Assembly (NCBI GenBank): GCA_038087875.1 | Contig: CM075995.1 | Span: 6,264,001 to 6,328,000, forward strand | Direction: 5' to 3' | Length of the DNA: 64,000 bases | Origin: Malacoraja senta | Lineage: Eukaryota | Shown: piece by piece, positions 1-10,936 of the stretch | How the letters are laid out: every line of letters begins with the position of its first letter | Numbering within the stretch: the stretch's first letter is position 1 | Notes under the pieces: model-generated | The model's database searches: none | Seen by the model: only the letters and a program-made list of their open reading frames with translations | Told to the model about the DNA's origin: nothing | Made by a program: the position numbers and the translations under genes

Positions 1-443
1 CAACTTCATCACCAATTTTCATCCTGCACTCAAATTTACTTCGACCATCTCCGATACCTCCCTCCCCTTTCTTGATCCCACAGTCTCCATTACAAGAAAC
101 AGACTATTGACTGACATCTGTTACAAACCCACTGACCCACAACTATCTCGACTAAACTTCTTCCCACCCTGCTTCCTGCAAAGACTCTATCCCCTACTCC
201 CAATTCCTCCGTTCTACCCCGCATCTGCGTCCAAGATGAGATGTTCCATACCAGAACATCCAAGATGCCCTCATTCTTTAGGAAACGGGGGTTCCCCTCT
301 CCCATCATAGATGAGGCCCTCACTCGTGTCTCCTCGGTACCTCGCAGCTCCGCCCTAGCTCCCCCTCTCCCCAGTCGTAACAAAGACAGAGTTCCCCTGG
401 TCCTTACCTTCCACCCCATCAGCCATCGCATGCAACACATAAT
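1..443 (+). mobile_element. Penelope-like element, RT C-terminal part (left half, split by CR1)
   Basis: Frameshifted KDSIPYSQFLR..RIC and RGFPSPIIDEAL..RVPLVLTFHP motifs typical of PLE RT. Continues at about 3617. Confidence 0.8.
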
Positions 444-3400
444 AGAAACATAGAAACATAGAAAATAGGTGCAGGAGTAGGCCATTCGGCCCTTCGATCC
501 TGCACCGCCATTCAATATGATCATGCCTGATCATCCAACTCAGTATCCCGTACCTGCCTTCGCTCCATACCCCCTGATCCCTTTAGCCACAAGGGCCATA
601 TCTAACTCCCTCTTAAATATAGCCAATGAACTGGCCTCAACTACCTTCTGTGGCAGAGAGTTCCAGAGATTCACCACTCTCTGTGTGAAAAAAGTTTTTC
701 TCATCTCGGTCCTAAAGGATTTCCCCTCTATCCTTAAGCTGGACTGGACTTCCCCAACATCGGGAACAATCTACCTGCATCTAACCTGTCCAACCCCTTG
801 AGAATTTTGTAAGTTTCTATACAATCCCCCCTCAATCTCCTAAATTCCAGCGAGTATAAGCCAAGTCTATCCAGTCTTCCTTCATATGAAAGTCCTGACA
901 TCCCAGGAATCAGTCTGGTGAACCTTCTCTGCACCCCCTCTATGGCTATAATGTCCTTCCTCAGATTTGGAGACCAAAACTGTACGCAATACTCCAGGTG
1001 TGGTCTCACCAAGACCTTGTACAACTGCAGTAGAACCTCCCTGCTCCTACACTCAAATCCTCTTGCTATGAAGGCCAACATACCATTCGCTTTCTTCACT
1101 GCCTGCTGCACCTGCATGCCCACTCTCAATGACTGGTGCACCATGACACGCAGGTCTCGCTGCATCTCCCCATTTCCTAATCGGCCACCATTTAGATAAT
1201 AGTCTGCCTTCCCGTTTTTTCCACCAAAGTGGACAACCTCACATTTATCCACATTATACTGCATCTGCCAAACATCTGCCCACTCACCCAGCCCATCCAA
1301 GTCACCCTGCAGTCTCCTACCATCCTCCTCACAGCTAACACTGCCCCCCAGCTTAGTGTCATCCGCAAACTTGGAGATGTTGCTTTCAATTCCCTCGTCC
1401 AGTTCAGAACCATTGTTTCTGAATTAACCATGTCACTCTCCATCCTAATGAAGAACTCAACCATATTATGGTCACTCTTGCCCAAGGGGCCACGTACAAC
1501 AAGACTGTTAACTAACCCTTCCTCATTACTCAATACCCAGTCTAGAATAGCCTGCTCTCTCGTTGGTTCCTCTACATGTTGGTTTAGAAAACTATCCCGC
1601 ATACATTCCAAGAAATCCTCTTCCTCAGCACCCCTGCCAATTTGATTCACCCAATCTATATGTAGATTGAAGTCACCCATTATAACTGTTTTACCTTTGT
1701 TGCACGCATTTCTAATTTCCTGTTTGATGCCATCCCCAACTTCACTACTACTGTTAGGTGGCCTGTACACAACACCCACTAGCGTTTTCTGCCCCTTAGT
1801 GTTTCGCAGCTCTACCCATATCGATTCCACATCCTCCAAGCTAATGTCCTTCCTTTCCATTGCGTTAATCTCCTCTCTAACCAGCAACGCTACCCCACCT
1901 CCTTTTCCTTTCTGTCTATCCCTCCTGAATATTGAATATCCCTGGATGTTCAGCTCCCAACCTTGGTCTCCCTGGAGCCATGTCTCCGTGATCCCAACTA
2001 TATCATAATCATTAATAGCTATCTGCACATTCAACTCATCTACCTTATTACGAATACTCCTTGCATTGAGACACAAGGCCTTCAGGCTTGTTTTTACAAC
2101 GCTCTTACCCCTTATACAATTTTGTTGAAAAGTGGCCCTGTTTGATTTTTGCCCTGGATTTGTCTGCCTGCCACTTTTACTTTTCACCTTGCTACCTATT
2201 GCTTTTACCCCCATTTTACACCCCCTCTGTCTCTCTGCTCACACATTTAAGAACCCCACCACCTCTTATTCCCTGTTTATTATTTTCTTCTTCCCCCCCT
2301 ACATGTTGGGTCTGAGTGCTTCCCTTCTCTGCCTCCTGCCTCACACACTGTCTACTAGCTTACTCTATTTGAGTCCCTCCCCCCAACCGTTCTAGTTTAA
2401 AGTCTCCTCAGTAGCCTTTGCAAATCTCCCCGCAAGGATATTGGTCCCCCTCGGGTTCAAGTGCAACCCATCCTTTTTGTACAGGTCGCACCTTCCACAA
2501 AAGAGGTCCCAATGATCCAGAAACTTGAATCCCTGCCTTCTGCACCAGTCCTTCAGCCACGCATTTATCCTCCACCTCGCTCCATTCCTACTCTCACTGT
2601 CGCGTGGTACAGGCAGTAATCCCGAGATTGTTACCTTTGCGGTCCTTCTTTTTAACTCTCCTCCTAACTCCCTAAATTCTCCTTTCAGGAGCTCTTCTCT
2701 TTTTCTACCTATGTCATTGGTACCTATATGTACCACGACCTCGGGCTCCTCTCCCTCCCATTTCAGGATATCTTGGACACGTTCAGACACATCCGAGACC
2801 CTGGCACCAGGGAGGCAAACTACCATCCGGGTCTCCCGACTGTGTCTCCAGAATCGCCGGTCTGACCGCCTAACTATAGAGTCCCCTATTACTAATGCCC
2901 TCCTCTTCTTTTCCTTACCCTTCTGAGCAACAGGACCGGTCCCTGTACCGGAGGCCCGGCCGCTGTTGCTACTCCCAGGTAGGCTGTCCCCCCCAACAGT
3001 ACTCAAACAGGAATACTTATTGTCAAGGTGTACAGCCACCGGGGTACTCTCTAGTCCCTGCCTGTGTCCCTTGCCCCTCCTAACCGTGACCCACTTGCCT
3101 GCCTCCTGTGGTCTTGGAGTGACCACCTCTCTAACTCCTCTCAATGACTTCCTCGCTCTCCCTGACCAGACGGAGGTCATCGAGCTGCTGCTCCAGGTTC
3201 CTAATACGGTCCCTTAGGAGCCCCATCTCGACGCACCTGGCGCAGATGTGGACGTCTGGAAGGCTATCAGATTCCTTGACCTCCCACATCTGACATCCAG
3301 AACAGTAAACTGCCCTGGCACTCATACTCCCCTCTTACCCTGGATACAATACAAAGTACAGTACAATACAATCAGCAAGGATCCAACTCCCAATCAGCTG

Positions 3401-3616
3401 CTCCCTCTTGTCTGCTTCCACCAATCAGCGGCTTCCTCAAGCCCACTTGTTTTGAAATGTGAATGGAACTTGGAACGTTACAGATTTCGGTTCCTCCCTC
3501 TGCGACCTCTCCAACGGCTCTCGGGCCTCTGTAAGAAGCAAGCCTGCGCTCGAATTTATCTCCTACCGCTCGGGTGTAGCGCCTCCCTCTGCGACCTCTC
3601 CTACGGCTCTCGGGCC
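444..3616 (-). mobile_element. CR1 LINE, 5'-complete, with about 1.25-kb internal deletion in ORF2
   Basis: (TTTCTATG)n-type tail at 444-462. ORF1 has a CxxC..HxCxxC finger and SGNH esterase (IGDSIVR, HIGTND, DGLHL; 2392-3325). APE endonuclease (CLNARS, ITETW, GDFN, SDH; 1192-2214) is joined at about 1400 directly to the RT C-terminus. Same subfamily as 24621-29009. Confidence 0.92.
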
Positions 3617-4497
3617 CTCTCCAAAATTTCCACCACCTCCAACGGGATCCCACCACTAGCCACATTTTCCCATCTCCACCCCTTTCCGCCTTCCGCAGAG
3701 ACCGTTCCCTCCGCAACTCCCTGGTTAACTCATCCCTTCCCACCCAAACCACTCCCTCCCCAGGTACTTTCCCCTGAAACCACAGATGAATGCAACACCT
3801 GTCGTTATTCCTCCTGCCTCGACTCCATCCAGGGACCCCGACAGTCCTTTCAGGTTAGGCAGATGTCCATTTGCACTTCCTCCAACTTCATCTACTGTAT
3901 CCTTTGTTCAAGATGTGGACTCTTATGCATCGGCGAGACCAAACGCAAATTGGGCAATCATTTCGCGGAACACCTTCCCTCAGCCCACGTGAACCAACAT
4001 GTTCTGAGTTACTCCAGCTTTTTGGGTCCATCTTCTGATCTCCCGGTTGCTGGACACTTTAATTTTTCTTCCCATTCCTACACAGACCTTTCTGTCCTTG
4101 GTCTCATCCATTGAGGTCAAACGCAAATTGGAGGAACAGCATCTCTTATTTCGCTTGGGCAGCTTAGAGGCCAGTGGTATGACTATTGATTTCTCTCACT
4201 TCAGGTAGCCCCGGCATTCCCTCTCCCGCTATCCCTCCCCCACCCAAGACACTCTAGCTTCTCATTTTCACCCTACAATCAGCTTACAATGGCCTGCTTC
4301 CTTTATAATTGCTACTTTTTTGCATATCTTTTATTCATTGTTCTTTATCTCTCCACATCACCTTCTATTTCTCTCGTTTCCCTTATCCCTATCCAGTCTG
4401 AAGAAGGGTCTCAACCCGAAACGCCACCCATTCCTTCTCTCCAGAGATGCTGTCTGTCCTGCCGAGTTACTCCAGCTTTTTGTGTCTATCTTCGATG
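3617..4497 (+). mobile_element. Penelope-like element 3' half (GIY-YIG endonuclease and 3' terminal repeat)
   Basis: NFIYCILCSRCGLLCIGETKRKLGNHFAEHL GIY-YIG-like motif. Terminal region has CTGAAGAAGGGTCTCAACCCGAAACG at 4398-4423. Confidence 0.82.
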
Positions 4498-4717
4498 GAG
4501 ATTAAAGTAGCTTTGACCACAACTTTGCCACATCCTCAAATACAGGAATGGGGCAGAAAACTTGAGGATTGCAACAAAGCAAAGAAAATTGGAAACCACA
4601 AGCCAGTGAGTTATAAACTCAAATTATGATTTTTTTTAAATTCCAGACCAACAAACAATCTGCTGGAGTAATTCAGTGGGTCGAACTACATCTGTAGGGG
4701 TTGTGGAGGGGGGAGGG

Positions 4718-5449
4718 TGATAAAGCTGAATTATGTTAAAAATATAAGAAAAGCTTACAGCTTATATTTAGTCTCAAATCAGGCTTTTCTCCAGTAGAAT
4801 AATACAGAAAGGCAAGTTAAGTTGCCTCGGGTTTTGGGGTATTGAGATAATAAATACCATAACATTGTCTCCCAAGTGAGGAAGTGACAGAGAAAGAAAC
4901 AGCTAGTCACATCTTTGAAGTAAGATGCCATAAAACAAATGGCCAATGTTTATGGGGGAGGAGGCGATAAAGGAAGAGAGAAACAGCTAGTCACATCTTT
5001 GAAGTAAGATGCCATGAACCAAATGGCCTATGTTTATGAGGAACCAAGTGACAGAGAGGAAGCAGCGAAAGAGCTAGGGTGATCTCTTTTAAGATAAAAT
5101 GACCTAAAACAAATGGCCAATGTTTTTAGTATATCTTGTACCATGTAAACAAAAGGCCTTTGATGTGATGCATTCTGTGGAAACCTTTTCCTGTACCTCT
5201 GACCATGACTAATGTTTGTGGAATGTGCTAAGGTGACAAAAAAACACTATATAAGACAATGTAATTCTGTTGTTCAGAGAAGGGGACCGAGGACAGTCGA
5301 GTGTCTACATTGGTCACTTAGCTGGAATTCTCGCTCCCTTCCATCGGCCGATGTTAAGTAAAGTTTTGAACTGGTCTACCAAACAGTTTGTGTGGTGTCT
5401 GTTTATTAAGAAGCGAACCTGTTTAGTTGTTATAAAAGTAACTTTTTCA
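4718..5449 (+). repeat. ERV 5' LTR (LTR1, 732 bp)
   Basis: TG...CA termini. U3 has about three imperfect direct repeats with CCAAT boxes, TATATAAG at 5248-5255, and an AGTAAA poly(A)-signal variant at 5357-5362 followed by a GT-rich tract. Nearly identical to 10137-10866. Confidence 0.95.
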
Positions 5450-5450
5450 T

Positions 5451-5468
5451 TGGCGTAGTTATGCAGGC
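5451..5468 (+). promoter_or_regulatory. Primer-binding site, tRNA-Ser-like (degenerate)
   Basis: TGGCGTAGTTATGCAGG 1 nt after the LTR CA; resembles the tRNA-Ser PBS TGGCGTAGTCGGCAGGA. Repeated at 10868-10885. Confidence 0.7.
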
Positions 5469-5990
5469 TTCGCTGGGACCACATCAACGGCTGACTGTGC
5501 AAGAGGTTGCAGAGGTTGCCGGGATTGGAAGGGAGATAACTGAGCTCTATAGGCCCCCTTGTAAGACCGACTCCCTAGAAACTCCCGGGAACGTCTGTGA
5601 TCCTTCATCAGAGGTTGATACAGGTTCCCTGCCGAGGTTCTTAGAAACAGACCAAGGTAAGACCAGTTGGGCTTTATAGGGTTTTTTTTTTTTAAGAAGG
5701 GATTGTGTATGTATTTTTAAGACAGAATTGTGCATGTATTTTTAAGGGCTTGTGTATATTGTTAAGAAGGACGTGAGTGGTTTCTCTTTCTCTCTCTCTC
5801 GGTCTATCTCTCTTTGTTTTCTTTTATTTTCTCTTCTCTCTTTCTCTCTACCAAGGGCTCATCGGCCTCGTTGAGATATCCGTGATTTGTCGGGTTGAGA
5901 TACGGGGGTTGAGGTGTGCGTCTGGCTTATTGAGATCCGAAGAGTTGTCGGATTGAGAAATAAGTGGCGTTGTATATTAAACAGTAAGAA

Positions 5991-6550
5991 GTCTGCCAGG
6001 TTGAGAAACGGGGGTCCCGGTTAGCGGGTCTGCTTCATTGAGACACCTGGGGCTTTTTTTTAGGTCTGCCAGGTTGAGAAACGGGGGTCCCGGTTAGCGG
6101 GTCTGCTTCGTTGACACCTGGGGCTTTTTTTTAGGTCTGCCAGGTTGAGAAACGGGGGTCCCGGTTAGCGGGTCTGCTTCGTTGAGACACCTGGGGCTTT
6201 TTTTAGGTCTGCCAGGTTGAGAAACGGGGGTCCCGGTTAGCGGGTCTGCTTCGTTGAGACACCTGGGGCTTTTTTTAGGTCTGCCAGGTTGAGAAACGGG
6301 GGTCCCGGTTAGCGGGTCTGCTTCGTTGAGACACCTGGGGCTTTTTTTAGGTCTGCCAGGTTGAGAAACGGGGGTCCCGGTTAGCGGGTCTGCTTCGTTG
6401 AGACACCTGGGGATTTTTTTAGGTCTGCCAGGTTGAGAAACGGGGGTCCCGGTTAGCGGGTCTGCTTCGTTGAGACACCTGGGGCTTTTTTTAGGTCTGC
6501 CAGGTTGAGAAACGGGGGTCTCGGTTAGCGAGTCGGCCTCGTTGAGACAC
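5991..6550 (+). repeat. About 72-bp tandem repeat array (about 8 units) in the ERV leader
   Basis: Unit gtctgccaggttgagaaacgggggtcccggttagcgggtctgcttcgttgagacacctggggctttttttag starts at 5991, 6064, 6135, 6207, 6279, 6351, 6423 and 6495. Degenerate units lie on both sides. Confidence 0.95.
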
Positions 6551-6700
6551 TTCGGTCGTATATCAAAGAGGTAAAAAAAAAAAAGTCAGCCAAATTGAGA
6601 AACTGGGGTCTCGAGTAGCAAGTCGGCCTGGTTGATATATTTGGAACGATTCGGAATTAAGAAGTCTGCTTTCTCTTTCTCTCTCTCTCTCTATCTATCT

Positions 6701-7318
6701 ATGGGGAATGCACTGGATAACAGTGAGGGGGGAACCCCCGTCCAACATATGTGTTATTTGAATCCTAAGTATAATAAGAAATTTAGAATGTTAAGTTACA
6801 AGTTGACCAAACGGTTGGGGGATGAAGCCGCGCCAGTAGGGGGCACATGGAATGTCGAGACAATTAAAAAAGCAGAGATGTTGATATGGGAAAGGAAGGC
6901 AGGAAAGAAATGGAAGAAGGGAATTAAAACGTGGAAAGCAGAAGCAGAGAAGAAGCATGAGGAGAGTAGAGATCGAAGTTGGATGGATACTGCATGTAAA
7001 CAAGGGATAGAGTTACGAAATAAGGATGGCACTATGAAAGGATGGAAAGTATTGCAACTAGAATGCCAGTGGGCGGAGGAACAAGAGAAAATAATTAAGA
7101 GACAGGCAGGAGGTGAGAAACAGGTGATGGTTAGTAAAAATAAACCCAGTACTGGTAAATCCTCTGGAGGAGACTTCATGTCTGGCACGATGACCATGTT
7201 TGGTAGTGAAGATGAGGAGTTAGATAATCTTGGGAGATGTCCAGTAGCCCTACGTCCTACCAGTAGCAATGGCATCCTTACCTGTGGCAGCTCCGTCAGT
7301 AATATCCCTATACCTTGA
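6701..7318 (+). pseudogene. gag: ERV gag N-terminal fragment (matrix-like), truncated by internal deletion
   Basis: MGNALDNS.. start (possible myristoylation Gly2) just after the leader, with a basic, Trp-rich N-terminus. No capsid, nucleocapsid, protease or RT follows. Confidence 0.6.
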
Positions 7319-7360
7319 AGTTCTGACCTTACAAAGCTCCCCAGATTTGGGAGCACGGGA

Positions 7361-8251
7361 ATGCCCCTTTCTGTGCATAATTTGCTTAAAGCATTGATGC
7401 TACCAGAACAGCTGGCCATTATTAAATGTGCTACACACACTGGTGCTGGGGACCCTATAACAAAAGGCAATGCATTTGCCGATAGTGTATCCAAGCAAGC
7501 AGCCTATGCATACAAATGCTTAGTGACAGCAGGTAAACAGATGCTAACAAATAGAACGGTCCTGCCAAACATGAGGGAGGTATGTACATTACAGAGGGAC
7601 GCCTCGTATATAAAAACAACTATGGAAACAAGAGGGCTGTGCCATTGATTCGGCTCACCCCGCTTGGACAAGTTGGTGTATACGATGCATTTTTCCCCGT
7701 CTGACTAACATATATTCATTCTCTTACCCATGCTGGTAAGGAGGGAATGATAAGGATGACAAAGGAAACGTGGTGGCACCTGAAAATTTGGCAAGAGGCA
7801 CTGAAGCAGGCCTCTGAATGTAAAATTTGCCAACGAAGTAATCCAGGCAAACCAATTAAGATACCCTCAGGGGTGACGCCAATGCCATCACGACCGTTTG
7901 AATGCATAGATTGATTTTATTGAAATGCCAAGGGCCCAGTGTTATAAATATTGCTTAGTGATTTTAGATTTATTTAGCAGGTGGATTGAAGCTCTACCAA
8001 CCACTAATAATACTGCTGAGACTACAGTAACATTGGTGTTAAGGGAAGTTATTCCCAGGTTTGGCCTACCTACTGTCATAAGCTCGGACAATGGTCCCCA
8101 TTTTATTGCCACTATTAATAAGGAAATATGTACACATTTTTATATCCGACAGCAATTTCACTGTGTACACCACCCACAGGCATCTGGGATGGTGGAAAGA
8201 GCCTATGGGGCATTGCAAAACAAAATTACCCCGGAGGAATCCTTTTTCTGA
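7361..8251 (+). pseudogene. pol: ERV pol 3' part: RNase H C-terminus and integrase (frameshifted)
   Basis: LAIIKCATH..KGNAFAD (RNase H end), HSLTHAG...CKIC zinc finger, and YCLVILDLFSRWIEA, SDNGPHF, HPQASGMVER integrase core. Gamma/epsilon-like. A WIHLTDC-like integrase tail remnant lies near 9826-9846. Confidence 0.88.
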
Positions 8252-9298
8252 CAAGCAACTATGTTATAAAAAAATTGGGGATGAAGACAAATTCGGTGGA
8301 GAAATGAGGATAGGATAGGGAGACTGAAAAGTCACGGGGAGTCTGACTAATCATGATCTGGATCAAAGTCCAATTAGGGTTAGGTAACCAGGATTCTGGT
8401 AAACAGAAGTCTTGTCAGAAAAAGGGAACGTAAATTACAAAGAGACGTCTTTGAAGATGAAATATTATATACTGCTGGTAAAACAATTTTTTTTGTGTAT
8501 GTACTGCTTGTAAAACAATGTTTTTTGTATGTGGAATGTGTGAAATTTGAAGCAATGAGCAAAGGTATGAGTCCCTTTAAGAACAGTTTGTCCTTTAAAA
8601 TGCAAATGAACAGGCAGGTTATGGTGTGTTCCTTTAAGACACTGCCATGAATGGGGGGCTGAGCTATACTCAAATGATAAAATGTGTTGGTTGTTATAAA
8701 TCGTTTGAGCCGAGTTCAAAAAGAGACTCATCCCAATTAAAGTGTTAAATGAGATTGGAAATGTCAACATTAGAGAGAAAAAGAAAATGTATTATTGATT
8801 ACTGATTCTGAGTGAGTTCTTTTGGGAAAGATTGTTTTGATGTGATAATAGAGGTTGTCCTTTAAAATGCAAATGAAGCAAGATTACGCTCTGCAGACGA
8901 ACAAAGGTGTTGAAGCATGTGCTGTGTAAGGGAAATGAATGTACATGTAAAATTGTCTTATGGCTTACAAAAGGGGGTTTGAGGGAACTCATAATGAGGG
9001 ATAAAAGGTGAGAAGATAAGTAGATTGGGGAAGAGAACATATTTGGAGAATTTAATATTTAGGTGGGGAGAGCCTCTTCAGATATAATCGGATTAAAGAA
9101 TAAGTTCACAGAGAAGTGCTTAAGAAGGAACTGCAGATGCTGGAAAATCAAAGGTAGACAAAAGTGTTGGAGAAACTCAGGGGATGAGGCAGCATCTATG
9201 GAGCGAAGGAAATAGGCATCATTTCGGGCCGAAGCCCTTCTTCAGAGTAGATTGGGATTATTCAACTGCAGCTAGAGAAACAGGATTTACAACTTGTT

Positions 9299-9514
9299 AA
9301 AGAAGGAACTGCAGATGCTGGAAAATCGAGGGTACACAAAAATGCTGGAGAAACTCAGCGGGTGCAGCAGCATCTATGGAGCGAAGGAAATAGGTAACGT
9401 TTCGGGCCGAAACCCTTCTTCAGACTCAGGGTTTCGGCCCGAAACGTTACCTATTTCCTTCGCTCCATAGATGCTGCTGCACCCGCTGAGTTTCTCCAGC
9501 ATTTTTGTGTACCT
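9299..9514. mobile_element. Penelope-terminus-derived foldback insertion with 17-bp TSD
   Basis: Perfect 86-bp inverted repeat (9331-9416 / 9428-9513), flanked by AGGATTTACAACTTGTT at 9282-9298 and 9515-9531. A second Penelope tail fragment lies at about 9121-9245. Confidence 0.85.
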
Positions 9515-10136
9515 AGGATTTACAACTTGTTTTATTGATTCAGGAAAGGCTGCTGTGCCCACCCCCTGGAGAGTGGGGGGGAAGCCACCTACATGCCCTG
9601 GGCAATTAGCTAATTATGTATGGACAGCAATTAACCCATGTCTTGCCAGATCTGCATTCCCAGGTTAGAGGAGCTGTGCTGAAAACCAGTGAGCACAGGG
9701 ACGAGCCCAAAAAGGCTACAAAATGACTATGTGGTGGGACAGAAAGAAATTGAGATTGTGTTGAAAGGATCAACAAAGTGCCACCAACAACATAAATTGC
9801 TGTGAAGATTGAAGATCATCGTCGTTGGATACATTTGATTGACTGTGAACAGTTTGTGGAAACAAGAAAGGACAATGGGCTATTGACCCTCCTTTTATTC
9901 TGGGGTGGCCCACATGGACTGGACTTTCTTCAGAATGGCAAACTTGCAGACTAACCCACATTTAAAGGATGGTACACACATCCTTTTAAACAAGATTGGA
10001 GTCAAACATGACAAGTGCAGCAAAGATACCCTGGCTACAGACAGTGAGATAATTTGCCTGATGAGATGCATATGGTCTTTCGTATGTACTCGGCAAGGAC
10101 TGTAGTTATTATCAAGATTTTGATAAAAGGATGGAA

Positions 10137-10866
10137 TGATAAAGCTGAATTATGTTAAAAATATAAGAAAAGCTTACAGCTTATATTTAGTCTCAAATCA
10201 GGCTTTTCTCCAGTAGAATAATACAGAAAGGCGTTAAGTTACCTCGGGTTTTGGGGTATTGAGATAATAAATACCATAACATTGTCTCCCAAGTGAGGAA
10301 GTGACAGAGAAAGAAAAAGCTAGTCACATCTTTGAAGTTAGATGCCATAAAACAAATGGCCAATGTTTATGGGGGAGGAGGCAATAAAGGAAGAGAGAAA
10401 CAGCTAGTCACATCTTTGAAGTAAGATGCCATGAACCAAATGGCCTATGTTTATGAGGAACCAAGTGACAGAGAGGAAGCAGCGAAAGAGCTAGGGTGAT
10501 CTCTTTTAAGATAAAATGACCTAAAACAAATGGCCAATGTTTTTAGTATATCTTGTACCATGTAAACAAAAGGCCTTTGATGTGATGCATTCTGTGGAAA
10601 CCTTTTCCTGTACCTCTGACCATGACTAATGTTTGTGGAATGTGCTAAGGTGACAAAAAAACACTATATAAGACAATGTAATTCTGTTGTTCAGAGAAGG
10701 GGACCGAGGACAGTCGAGTGTCTACATTGGTCACTTAGCTGGAATTCTCGCTCCCTTCCATCGGCCGATGTTAAGTAAAGTTTTGAACTGGTCTACCAAA
10801 CAGTTTGTGTGGTGTCTGTTTATTAAGAAGCGAACCTGTTTAGTTGTTATAAAAGTAACTTTTTCA
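10137..10866 (+). repeat. ERV LTR2 (730 bp), preceded by PPT and followed by PBS plus about 50 nt of leader
   Basis: Purine tract AAAAGGATGGAA at 10125-10136. Only a handful of differences from LTR1. 10867-10936 repeats 5450-5519. Confidence 0.95.
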
Positions 10867-10936
10867 TTGGCGTAGTTATGCAGGCCTCGCTGGGACCACA
10901 TCAACGGCTGACTGTGCAAGAGGTTGCAGAGGTTGC

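Noticed and set aside
3248..4114. 288-aa ORF as a novel gene
   Set aside because: Chance read-through from the antisense CR1 5'UTR into a Penelope remnant.
5991..6550. CRISPR-like array
   Set aside because: The units are contiguous near-identical repeats with no unique spacers, there are no cas genes, and the context is a vertebrate ERV leader.
6796..7494. 232-aa antisense ORF in the ERV
   Set aside because: It is the shadow of a purine-rich gag strand, crosses a deletion junction and has no recognisable motif.
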